From the NCBI GenBank assembly GCA_963693365.1, contig CAVNZM010000010.1, positions 4,586,159-4,650,158 of the forward strand: 64,000 nt of DNA, in the 5' to 3' direction. Source of the stretch: Amoebidium appalachense. Taxonomy: Eukaryota; Protista; Ichthyosporea. Below the pieces are notes generated by a model. It saw only the letters and a list, made by a program, of their open reading frames with translations. It ran no database searches and was not told the DNA's origin. Each line of letters begins with the position of its first letter. The stretch's first letter is position 1. The position numbers and the translations under genes are program-made. Positions 38,396-51,869 of this stretch are shown in pieces.

Positions 38396-38721
38396 AAACC
38401 CCCCCACCCCCACCCCCCGCCCCATTCCGCTGAATTTCCCCGGATTTTATACGGATTATTTTAAAATACCATTTGTTCGTGTGTGATAGTCAGGTATCGT
38501 GACCATTTTACTGTTGTTTAAGATATGGGGTGGGCTGAATGAACAAAATGATAACAAAATGTCATGCCACACAATATAATATTTGTTCGCGGCGATCGCT
38601 GGGGCTTTCTTTTTTATGAGCCACCACACGTACCCAACTGATGCACCTTGGGACGTGTTGCCTTGCTCGCGTGTTCTTGTGGAGACTTCTATGGGCGCAT
38701 TTGCTTTTTTCTTTTCTCTTT

Positions 38722-38759
<38 letters not shown>

Positions 38760-39526
38760 CGGGAAGGGGGGGCGGGAGGAGGGGGGGGCCAATGGCATCT
38801 TCCACATAATTTGCTTTTACAAGAAACATTTTTACCTCGTTGGTCTATGCTAGTGTTTCTTTCTTACTCTTTGTGTTCTTTTGGGGCTTCTGTAGGTGTG
38901 TTACTTCTCGTAGAAGAAAAGGGGGGGGGGGGGGGGGGGGGGGTTCTTCCTTTGATCTTTTCATGGGTTGTGCAGGGTTATAACGCTGGGATTATATTGA
39001 ATATGCATGATGGCACCGTGGTGCCAGCCAATTTCAAGCAAATATACTTTTTAAAGAATTAGGGGCAAGATTTCTTGTTCGTGGTCATAATTACCATATA
39101 TATATTCCTACTTGTTTATTGTTTTATAAACAAAATATATATGCTCTGATGTATAAATAGATACCCAGTGGTTGAACAGGTAGATTAATGCGCAACCAAG
39201 CAGTTTTTGTTATATCCTTTAAGTTCAATAAAAAACAGCTTGTTCCAGGAGTATTAATTGACTAACATTAAAATTAATAGTAATTACACTCACTCTACAA
39301 GGTTCTTCTTAGAGTCGTGGGCACTGAATTCGGTTTGTCTTCGTGTTATTATGAAATGAAACATAGCTGGCTAACAATTGGAGGTAGAAGAGGTATTTCC
39401 TTTTTTGGTTCACACAAGCGTAGTGCAAGTAGTCACGCAAATTTGAACACCTGCACAATGTCATGGTACCCCCCTCCCCCCCTCCCGCACGCGCACACAT
39501 ACACACACGTGCACACACACACACAC

Positions 39527-39573
<47 letters not shown>

Positions 39574-39697
39574 CACGGACACGGACACGCGCAAAAACTC
39601 CGGCGTGGGCGCACAAAAGAAAATGATGATGCACCTGTGTTAACGTTCTATGAGATATCATGATCAAAGTTTTACTGGTTGCTGGTAGTGCTCCTCC

Positions 39698-39733
<36 letters not shown>

Positions 39734-40104
39734 CCTGTCCCCTCCTCCTCCCCGTCTTCCTCCTCCTTCTCCTCCTTCATCCGCCCCCCTGTGTGCCCAC
39801 ACTTCCCCCCGGTACTGGTCCCCAGACTTCGGACCAGCCCGAGCCTAACTTACGAACCTGTTAGCCCCGTACGTCAGAGTGCACATACACCAGACGTATG
39901 CTCCGATGACTCAGTGAAACATAAAAAATCTTTGAATGTGGCCCATAAACCCTTTTTTGTAAAGTAAATCTCGTGGGCGTGAGTCGTGGAAATGCGTGGC
40001 ACATACCGTAAACACGAGTCGGGGTCGAGTCGGTGGAACGGTGCTCATTCCGAGTCAGATCGGAACACTTGTGACTTGATCGGGAGTCCGGGACCAAGAA
40101 GTCA

Positions 40105-40763
40105 TGATGACGTCATCAATACGAAGATCCGGATCTAGATCTGTTAGATGATCTATCATGATCGTGAATGTGTCAGCCAGCCGTACCTACCTGTGACGCC
40201 GTGATCAGACACATGTACAGCTCTAATAAATGCGCATTATGTATAGTTTTTGTTGTTACCTCCTGTATACATACATATATTACATTACATGCACAGTTTT
40301 CAACAGGGTGTGAAATAAGATTTTTGATACATACGGGTCACCAACGACTCTAGGCTAGGCTATTTCAAAAGGAACAAGATATTTCAATCTTCAATAAAGC
40401 AGTGTTGGATAGTTTCCGTTTCAGTCAGCTGGCCTGAAGAATGTATGTAGAGACAGTTCAGTTTCATCGAGCTTGGTACAGTACTGTACTTCAACTTGGC
40501 AGTTAAAACTTTGAGGACAACAGGGTCACGTGACATGACGTCACACAGCTTGACACAAGTCAGTGCCCGTCGACGTAGAGACCATTCATATAGCCAACTT
40601 CTTGCTATACGTTTTAAGCTTCCTTGCATATAACGCATTTAACAATACAAGGAAAATAAATAAATAATTTTTTTTTTATTCTGTGCATAAATTGTCAAAT
40701 AATCGAGTCGTGATTCCGTGAATGCATGCATACGACCGTAACATCGGAGTCATGGTGACGTCA
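40105..40763. promoter_or_regulatory. Cluster of perfect CRE/ATF sites and an extended E-box upstream of the YdjM-like gene
   Basis: TGACGTCA at 40108, 40536 and 40756; GTCACGTGAC at 40525-40534. Confidence 0.35.
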
Positions 40764-41234
40764 TGGACATAGGCCAACAAAAAAAACAGTTTTGGGAATT
40801 CGAAAGGACGTGTCCACTCATGAAGGGGGGCGTTTGAAAGCTGACATCTAGGCCGATTTCTAAATCCTAGTTTCTCGTTTCCCAACCTCTCGTTTCCCGC
40901 ATCTCTCGTTTCCGTACTGAGTTTTCAGCAGTGGGGAACTGTAGTTCACTGCTTCATTGGGCAACCCTGCATGGTCTGAATCTTTTAAGCCTGGTCCCCC
41001 TCGAACTTTATCTCGTAGCGTGGAATGGGAAGTGTCAGTGAATGCCTGTCGAGGTCCTAATTGAAGGCGTCACGGCCGTTTACCTTTTATAAGCATTCCT
41101 AACAGGCTCCGCGGCGTTTGTGGTGCATGTATCCTTATTACTAAACAACTGCACAGCAACACAACTAATTGCGCTTTTACACATTTCCTCTGTTCCCCCA
41201 CGTCAGTCCTGTCTGGAATTGCAGAGCACAAAAC

Positions 41235-42629
41235 ATGAACGAGTTTAGCCACTGTGCTGCAGCCCTCTGGTTGGCAGTGCTCCTCGGCTATAACGACGAC
41301 CTTTTGATGCAGGTAATGCTTGCCCCCCCCCTTCCGCGCTCCAACCCCGAACTCCCGTCGTGCTTCTTACTTCATCCCCCCCATGCATCTCTCACCCCTT
41401 ACTTTTCCTTTCCTTTTCTTCAGCTTACCCCTTCTTCTCTCCCTTCCCCCATTCGTTCTTTTCCTTTCTCTTCGCTTCATACTCTATTCCCTTTGCTCTT
41501 CCACGAGAAGACGCGAAAAAGAAGAAAATGGTCCCCCCCTCCCCTTCCTCCCCTCCCCCCTCCCTCCGTTTTCTCCCCCCTCCCCCCACCCCCACCCCCC
41601 ACCCCCCTCTGTCCTCGCAGCCCCTCTTCACCCCACCCTAACTCTGCTTCCCTCCCGTTTTCTGTTTTCCCTCCTTTTCTGCCCGCACCTCCGGCCGTGC
41701 CCACTGTTTGCTCCTCTGATGGTATTTCTTCCAAATGTTTCCGGTGTGGTTTTGGCACCTCCTGACTGTATTTTTTCCTTTTTTTTTTTTTTTTTGTTGT
41801 AGTTGGCAGGGAGGGGAAGGGGGGGGGAGAACAAAGTGACCATAACTATAACAATAATGCCTGCTTATTAAGCCTGCATCGTTAACCCCCCCCCCCCCCC
41901 CCCCTGTCTTCCCCCTTTCCCCTCCCTCCCCCCATCCACTGTGCACTCAGCCAAACCATTATAATCCCCGGGCCCAGCATCTAGACATACAAACTTTGCT
42001 GCTTTCTTATTTTTCCAAACCATACCATTCTTCCCCAGCCTCATCCCCACCCTAATACTCTGTTCATGCAGGCATGGATCATATGGTGCACGGCAGGCCT
42101 TCTTGACATTGACGGCATGGCTGCGCCTTTTGACGGCCATGGCGAGTTTTTCCACACCTACCTGGGGGGTTTTATCTCTCTCACCATCTTTGCCATTCCG
42201 ACCTACCTCTTCCTCCGAAATGCGAGCAAGCGCCGTCCCATCACCCTTTTCCTCCTCTCCCGCACCGGGTTCTGTTGCATCACAATGCATCTTCTTCTTG
42301 ATGTTTTCACATGGGCGAAAGTCGATCAGATGCTCACGCACAAGTACTTTCTCCCTGTCTGGCAACAGCAGTTTCACCTGAACCGCCTTTTCCCTTCCAT
42401 ACCGCGGTGGTGTCGCGTTTTAAGCGAAATTTTGGGGCTCATTATGTTTCTGACCCCCCTCACGTGGAGATATTTGCGGTGTGTTCCTGCCCCTGTGCCC
42501 ACACGAGCGATAGCTAGGCCATCGGAAGTGGATTTCGAGGTAAAGCCCCCCCCCCCCCCCTTAACTTCTTTTTTTTCGGCTTTGTGTGCATGTGTTTTTG
42601 TGCATGTTCTTTTTTATATTTTTTTTTTT

Positions 42630-42660
<31 letters not shown>

Positions 42661-42910
42661 GGGGGGAGATTTGGGGAGGTTGGCTTCAGCTTCTCTCGTT
42701 TTCTTTTTTTCTTGACAACCCCCCCCCCCCCCCCCCCCCCGCCCCAACACATACACACACCTCTCCTCCCGGCCCCTCCCCTTTCGGGTCTAGTAGGTTG
42801 CATAGTCCCTTAGTGTTCATTTTTGCATATCTGATTTTATCTGCTTTGTGTTTTTCCGTTGTTTGTCTGTGTGAGCTCTCTAGGTACTCTTTTTTTTTTT
42901 TTTTTTTTCC

Positions 42911-42952
<42 letters not shown>

Positions 42953-43625
42953 TTGCGGGTGTGTGGCATGTGTAAAGGGGGGGGGGGGGGGGGGGGATTG
43001 CGTAAGGTCAATCCCAGATGCCTCTTATGATCTTTTTATTCTTTCGCTGCCCTTCTTTCCCTATTTGTTTTAATCCGAGAAGAAAACTTATTCACCTTCT
43101 GTTTCCGTCCAAACAGACCGAAAACGATGATGAAGGAGACCTTTTTGTGCCAACGGACGAGGAAAAAGCCACCGTTTCCTACCAACCGTCCGGTAGAATT
43201 TCGCAGCAATCAACATCTTCCCAACGCTGTCTCGGCCACCTGTGCGAGAATTTCAGGAATATTTTTAGGAAGGCGCCCTCGTACCAGAGGCTGAGTGATC
43301 GGGAGAGGCTTTTCGCCGTGGGGCTTCTGTCTGTGCAGGCGTTTGTTATTGTGAATGTGGAGTGTTTTGATACTCTGACGGCGATATATCACGTGACTGG
43401 ATTCCAGGGTAGGTTGGCTGGTACACCACCACCACCCACTCCGTAATTTCTCGTGATGGCTTGGTATGATTATGAATGTTGTGTGTATATTGCCATTGTT
43501 GTTGTTGCTGCTACTGCTAATGTTAAGATTTTAACCATTATTGGTGCATTTATTGTAATGATTATATCCTGTGGTGGTGGGTTGGGGTGGGGTGGGTGGG
43601 TGGGTGGGTGGGTGGGCGGACGGGG

Positions 43626-43679
<54 letters not shown>

Positions 43680-43855
43680 CTACCACAAAAACCTGTTCAT
43701 TCAATCTTTCTTATATTGGCTGTAATAGGTTACACACGGGGGCTGTGCTGTGTACAGCTGCAAAGTTGCGCACGTGCTTGGAGTCTTTTTATTGCCGTCT
43801 ATTTGTAGGTTTGACGAGCGGCTATGCTACAAGTAGGGTCAAAGAGAGGAAATAG
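41235..43855 (+). CDS. Membrane-bound metal-dependent hydrolase-like protein (YdjM-like), spliced
   Basis: Exons 41235-41312, 42072-42539, 43117-43408 and a last exon 43809-43855 (an alternative acceptor near 43728 would end at 43808). Motif order SH...LLDID...FH...HLLLD..T between hydrophobic segments matches the YdjM family pattern. Confidence 0.65.
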
Positions 43856-44366
43856 TGCCATGTAATGTCTACTTTTGTCTATTTTATGCCAGAGAACTCG
43901 TATGCAGCAGGGTTTAACCGTTAACAGATTGTTGTTATTATCAGCCACAGGTCACATCTTTTATATGGTGTTTTTCGTCGTTTCCCACAACACAAGGGTT
44001 AATAGTCTGTGGATATATGTGGGTACACGTGCTTTATGATTTATGTTGAAGGTTGTCCAAATGGACTTGTGCGATAGTTATTTTGTTTTGTTTTTTAAAA
44101 AGTTTAATGCACTCTTGTTATTGGGTATCGAGCATGACGCTGTGGCTATGATGTAAATATGCAACGGAGCGTCGAAGTTATTTGTAACTTATTGTGAGGG
44201 AATGTAAACCAATATTGTATCACCGCATCATGTAATAATATTTGCATGCAGATGGATACGTGGACGTGTGTGGGTGGCCCAGGGCAGATTACGTCTCCAA
44301 ATACCCTTATCGGCCTCCTCCTCCTCCCCCCCCCCCTCCCCGCGGCCACTCTCTCCCCCTCTTCCT

Positions 44367-44413
<47 letters not shown>

Positions 44414-44804
44414 ACACACACACACCCGCCCCTTCAAATTTCCTACCGCCGGGGGCCCTGGACCACAGCAGAAAATTGTGAACCTACTTGAAGTTCCCGA
44501 CCCATTATAGGTACAAGTACGATTGAGTTGCAAAAATCTCCTCTAGAATTTGGCATCCAAATACGAAACAAAACCCACACACCCACACACCCCATACTTC
44601 AGCGGTACACCGCCCACAGAACATCACCCACACGCACACCGCAAGTTCGAGCCCCTGCACCGTAGGCTACACCTAAGCCCAAAATTTCCGTGATGTGCAC
44701 GTGATTACATATTTACAACTTGAAGGCGTCTTCTTGCTCTCTGTTCTGTTCACGAACTTCTAACTCAGTTACAAGTACTCCTTCCATGGTCAAGGAGACA
44801 GACG

Positions 44805-44853
<49 letters not shown>

Positions 44854-45004
44854 GCACACACACATGTGTACACGCACACACACACAGGCACACACGAAAA
44901 ACACACACACGCACACACACGCACACGCACAAAACACACGCACACGCACACACACGCACACGCACACGCACGCACGCACGCACACACGCACACACGCACG
45001 CACA

Positions 45005-45053
<49 letters not shown>

Positions 45054-45142
45054 CCAGCATGCCAAACGTGCCGACACACACACAGACCCCACCAGGCTGT
45101 GCAATATACCACGGTGGCAATAGCAAATCGGTACGACCCACG

Positions 45143-45198
45143 AAGGCCACATATCATATAGTGACAAAAGGGCGGGGGGGGGAGTAATCGGGATTGGG

Positions 45199-45240
<42 letters not shown>

Positions 45241-45370
45241 CAGCGGAATTTCGGAATGGTCAAATCCGCACCGGTGCGAGATCCGCATGCACAGCTGGAT
45301 AAATATCACGCATTTTTATTGCCGCAGGGCGAGACATTGGCGCAGCGGGAAACTTTGGAAAGGCCACATA
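45143..45370 (+). mobile_element. Short non-coding insertion X flanked by 11-bp direct repeats AAGGCCACATA
   Basis: Direct repeats at 45143-45153 and 45360-45370. The body is homologous to the reverse complement of 46509-46664. Confidence 0.5.
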
Positions 45371-45594
45371 ATATATTCATAGATCGTAGTAAATCATGAC
45401 AATAGCAAATCGGTACGTACATACTGACCCATGACATGTGTCCTGTACTGCAAAACCGAAAACACCACTGAAAAAGTCTAAGAAAGCGAGTTTTGGATTG
45501 GTGCTTCGATTCGTGCTCGAATCGCCGATAAATCTCTGTCTTCGTATTCGCTAATGTTTTGTAACGTTGATGGCATTACCAGCAAATACATGTT

Positions 45595-46493
45595 CATTTT
45601 GATCTATCATAGTGAACAGAAGCTCCATGAAATAGATTACGTAAAAACATGTATATGGCTAGCTATTTTGCTTTGCCACCATGACGGTTGTGCTTCAAAC
45701 CGTGACGTGGCATGGCATTTGCATCCGGACTCGGCGTCTGGTTTTTTTAAATTGTCCATTGCCTGAGTATCAGCACCCCATATGGGCGTTTTAGATCATC
45801 CAATCAGCATTCTCCACACAACTTATAAAATCTTTGGGCACATGCCTTTTTCAGTCAGTCCGCGTGTGTGAGCGGCAAGATCGAAACCGGGGACTAGTTT
45901 TCGGTTTTTGAAAACTGTTCAACTACCGGACTGGCTGGTAATTTTTTTGGCGTAACTGGTTTGCGCAAACACGTCATTAAAATCATGACGTTTATTTTTA
46001 GATCCAGGGTTAGACCGACAGGGAACTTCAGGATGTGCGATAGTCCATTTTGATCTATCATAGTGAATAGAAGCTCCATGAAATAGATTACGTAAAAACA
46101 TGTATATGGCTAGCTATTTTGCTTTGCCACCATAACGGTTGTGCTTCAAACCGTGACGTGGCATGGCATTTGCATCCGGACTCGGCGTCTGGTTTTTTTA
46201 AATTGTCCATTGCCTGAGTATCAGCACCCCATATGGGCGTTTTAGATCATCCAATCAGCATTCTCCACACAACTTATAAAATCTTTGGGCACATGCCTTT
46301 TTCAGTCAGTCCGCGTGTGTGAGCGGCAAGATCGAAACGTGGGACCATTTTTCGGTTTTTGAAAACTGTTCAACTACCGAACTGGCTGGTAATTTTTTTG
46401 GCGTAACTGGTTTGCGCAAACACGTCATTAAGATCATGACGTTTATTTTTAGATCCAGGGTTAGACCGACAGGGAACTTCAGGATGTGCGATA
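45595..46493. repeat. Near-perfect tandem duplication, period about 451 bp
   Basis: 45595-46042 and 46046-46493 match with only a few substitutions. Confidence 0.92.
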
Positions 46494-46682
46494 TGTGTCC
46501 TGTACTGCTGTTTTTTTTTTTCGCCCACGGCAATAAAAAAGCATGATATTAGGCGAATGGTCTATCCTTAAAACGCACCAGTACGCTCCCTCCCAATCGT
46601 AAACACGCGCTGACCCCCCTTTTACCCAATCAGATACCGCCCGCCCCCCTCCCTTGCGGGTGCCATATGTGTCCTGTACTGC
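46491..46682 (-). mobile_element. Short SINE-like insertion Y with oligo-A tail and 18-bp flanking direct repeats
   Basis: ATATGTGTCCTGTACTGC at 46491-46508 and 46665-46682; T11 at 46511-46521 (A tail on the - strand). Confidence 0.55.
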
Positions 46683-46831
46683 AATATATCATAGACAGTA
46701 GTAAATCACCACCATCGTCCCCAAAACCACCGTGAATCATGTGCATATCCACCGCCGGGTACCAACATGTCTTTGGCAAGCATTAGGGCCATACCACGTT
46801 GGCTGTCATCGGCTGAGTCAACTTGCTCCGA

Positions 46832-47180
46832 GCAGAATTATTTCGCAAAAAGCAGAATTATTCTGCAAAAGCATAATTATTCAGCAAGAGCAGAATTATT
46901 CTGCACACAGCGGAATTAATTTGCCTGAAACACTTAATCTGCCTAAAGCAAATTATTCTGCTAAATGTAGAACTATTCTGCCTCGAGCAAGTTTATTCTG
47001 CTGCCAAAAACAGAATAATTCTGCTTTCTGCAGAAGAATAATTCTGCAAAAAGCAGAGTAATTCGATTTTGCAGAATATTTCTGTGTTTTGCAGAATCAT
47101 TTTGAACTGAGAACATTTTGAACTGAGAATAACTCTGCTTCAAGCAAAATAATTCCCGCTTTCTGCAGAATGGTTCTGCT
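46832..47180. repeat. Array of about 17 degenerate palindromes GCAGAA(T)TATTCTGC, period about 20 bp
   Basis: Exact or near-exact copies at 46852, 46890, 46967, 47010 and 47165, among others. Confidence 0.8.
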
Positions 47181-47499
47181 TTTTGCAAGTTGACTGATCC
47201 AATTTGGTTGGGCCTTTCTAGCATTTTTGCCACATTCAGGCATTAGCACGACACAAATTCTTGCCGCATCATAGTTGTGCAAATGAGAGTCGGCGTTGAA
47301 ACTTTTATTAGTGAGTTTTGGTTGGAGGGGAGGCCTGGTGCTCCCCAGTGCAATAGCGAGGCTGGGTCCAAAGCCCTGGGCCAAGTGTGTCAATCATCAT
47401 TGATTGGCAAAAGTGTGTTAGCTTAGCTGATTGCGCCAATAGCACTAGTTAGTGGGGTACAATTCTGTGCTTAGTGGAATACGGAAAATGAGGTCAGAC

Positions 47500-48480
<981 letters not shown>

Positions 48481-51400
48481 TCTCGTTCTTCTAGTTCTCC
48501 TCAGAGTCCACTCCTTCTCTATCTCTCTCCTCACTTTTATGATATTTTATCTAGGCTCTTTCTCTTTTGCATGCTCTTCGTGAATCAAGGCAATGCATGG
48601 ACGTGACCCATTCCCGTGTACGTATGCGTAGCAGGCACACATGTATGTGTGTATGTAATCACATGGCATATTGAACAACTTCACCACGTGCACCAGATAA
48701 ATACTAGTACTTATCAGGTGGGTGTGAGTTCCATAGGCAGGGAAATGGGCATACATATGATAGTGCGTCCGATGACACCCGTGACACGCCGCCAATGTAG
48801 TTATGAAAGGCCGCACGCATGCAGAAGTGCATGCACGCATATGAATCATACTAGGATTATTTTTTTATCATGGATGATTAATTTTTATCATGTTGACATC
48901 CGTCGAAAAAAAGATCTTGCAAGTCGTACGTGCACCAGCTATTGTATTACTGTTGGCTACACGCCTGGGACCGTACGTGGCCAACCATTATTCAATGCGT
49001 GCACCCTAAGTAGCCTATTGTACGTACTATGCGGGCAGGACGAGGTAGACTGACTAGCGGTAGAGTCTTGCATCTTCAACTTGTCGGGCACTCGCCCGGC
49101 CCACCATGCTCATGTACCCACATCCTTCGTTTGCGTTCTATTTTGGAAAAAGTCTAATATTAGAATGGCGTGGGAAATAACATTTATGCAAAACTGGTTT
49201 AAATAATCCATCCTGTGTGAAAAAAGCTGTGTCAGTGGCAGCCGGGCCGCCCGGCGAGTAGAATCATTGAAGCAGATGGCGTACCTTCATGAACGATGCT
49301 CAGTAAATGGTGGGAACATGGAATGTGCGGGTTACGCAGCGGGTACTAGGCAGTGGCCAGCCTAGGCTGCCAGAATTTGAAGGCAAGGCTTCCGGTATTT
49401 GCCAGAGCCAATCAGATTTGATCTACTTTCTGATTGGATGAGATTGTATCTCTGATATAGGGCTGCCATAGTCATTGAATTGGATCTACATTCCGTACAA
49501 ACGTTGTTGACACGAAAGTATGCGGCGGCGCGTGGTCGTGGTGGCCCGGGCAGGCCGGGACCCCGAGAGGGTGGGCCCGGACCTCTGGCAGCGAAGGGGG
49601 CGGGCCCGGACCTCTGGCAGCGAAGGAATGATCTGCTCGAAAGGTTCTGCGTCATGTGTTCGTCACACAGCCCTGTGCGAAAAAACACTTTTTTGATATT
49701 TTTATCAGCCCACGATCTTCTCTGCCACAGCCTGGCCATAACGTGGATAAAAAAAATATCTCAGGGGCGTAAAGCAGGTTCTTGCATCCAAGCCACACTT
49801 TTCAGTACATGCTCTGCTAACACTGTGGAGATTCATGAATCACCACGCACCATATGCATGCATATTCATGTATCAGGCACAGGGGCCTAGTGATCACTAA
49901 TGAACTCGGACGAATGTCAACCTAGCAAATGTGCATCATGCATGCATGCATGAGTGCATGGTAAGTAGCCAGGACGTCAGTGTTGGGGCTCGATTCCATG
50001 GCCAAGTATTTGTACATGTGGGTTTGGCTTGCAAGTTGCGGGCCGGTACCCATCGATCACCGGGTATCATCTTTTCAAAATCTATGCCCGATCGGTCGTG
50101 CAGGTTATTCATGCTCGACTTCGGCGTGGGTGATCATGAGCGCGCTGATCACTACAATCATGTATATACACAGCATGCTACTACAGCTGTAGTGGTGGCA
50201 GAGGTCGGGACTAGGAAAATAAACAAATCCTTTTTTCTTTTTTCAACCCTATAGACCATGTACACTGGCAGTCTGGTACTTTAAGGATGGCCACGGAGTG
50301 CACTCAATATGTATGTATGTAGTAAGTGGCCATGCACATGCGAACAACATGTACATATGACTGGCCCCGCGAGTACGCGTACATACGGTATGCTATACTA
50401 GTAGGCTAATCGAACTCAAGGAGAGTGAGGGACCGGCAGTCTAGAGCAGGGGAGCTCAAAGGAGACTCCGTTGTCCGTGGCGGGTGGGAGAAAGAAGTGG
50501 GCCCCAGGAGGAGGCCTAGGCGGGGGAGCTCGGGCCGGAGAAGGGGGGAGGGGTGGGCCCCGGGGCCGGGGGGGGGGGGGGGGGGGGGACTCGGAGGGAG
50601 GACTGGCTGTTGAGGGGGGGAGGGGGGGAGGAGCTTCCGGGGGGGGGGGGGGGGGGGGGGGGGGGTATCTTCGCTGCACGTGTGTCACTACATACTACAG
50701 TGTCACTCAGGCTGCAGCAAGAAAAGGTGGATATTAGCCAGCGAAGTTGTGACAATCGTTATTACATATACAGTAGAGGAAGTCCCGCAAGCTTTTGTTT
50801 GTTTCTTGGTGTATCATCATAGCTGCACAGGTGTGACGTAGTACTGTGATAGCACATACAGTACGTTGGCAAACACAGCGCAAAGTACTTGTACACATGT
50901 GATTCATTCACTTGAAGTTCAACAGCAAATCTGCCCGGTCTCGAGCGAGAGTCACACACAGCCGTACATGAAAGCGTGGATAAAAGAGAAATGCCAAAGA
51001 GCCAGCTAGAAAAACGTGGCACAGCGAGTCGCCAATGCTGCTTCGACTGGTCGAGTTCGGGGTCAGTGCTTTTTGCTGTTGAGCTCTGTCAAAGTCGGAC
51101 ATAATCCCTGACACATGTTGACACAAATGCACGCGGTGAATTTGTCGCCTCCGCGGTACGGACGTCGCATCCGCGCAGGCAAATTCCAGGGCGACTAAAC
51201 GCTTTATGTGCGGGCTTTTCACGCCAATGGCTCCCCGGGCTCAGATTTTATGTGCGTAAACATCAACATACCTAGCGTTATTCCAACAAAACAAACAACC
51301 GCCTGAGTATTGATCCGTGCGCGGATTCTTGACGAGCATCGGCCGGTGAGGAATGGATAGAGGCACTGAAAAATGTCCTGGTCTCCGTCTGCCTGTCAGT

Positions 51401-51526
51401 CAAAAGGTTATTGTTGACACGCCTTTAGTGATAATAAAGCAGCGACGTTCTGACACCTTTTGTCATTCCCATCCGGCGCTTTCGATCAATGCGTTTTGGA
51501 TCATGCATTCCTGGAGTAAATCTAAG

Positions 51527-51620
51527 CCAATCAGATAGGGAACTTCAGTAGAATCAATAAGGGAGTCCAATCAAAACGCTTCACTCGGTCGGATGAACGC
51601 TCGTGGGGTGGATATATAAA
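51527..51620 (+). promoter_or_regulatory. Putative core promoter of the trypsin gene (two CCAAT boxes and a TATA box)
   Basis: CCAATCA at ~51527 and ~51567; TATATAAA at 51613-51620, about 250 bp upstream of the ATG. Confidence 0.5.
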
Positions 51621-51869
51621 CCCGTAAGCTCGTCGCATGCTTTGTCACAAAATCGCACCAGTTGTGTCGAGCCAGTAATATCCCAAGGATATACAACAGC
51701 TTTTCCACCCAGACGCCCACGTTGTAACCACGTTGTCCTCCGCGTGGCCCATTTTCTACACGTTTAAGCGACTTTGAACACACTTTGAAGCAAGAACACA
51801 CACCGACCGAACTACATAAGCACACAAACCTTCGATCACCTCCACTCCACCCTGAACGGACATACAAAA

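Noticed and set aside
49362-51538. ORFs of 60-136 aa upstream of the trypsin gene
   Set aside because: No recognisable domains, overlapping on both strands, and partly driven by GC-rich repeats.
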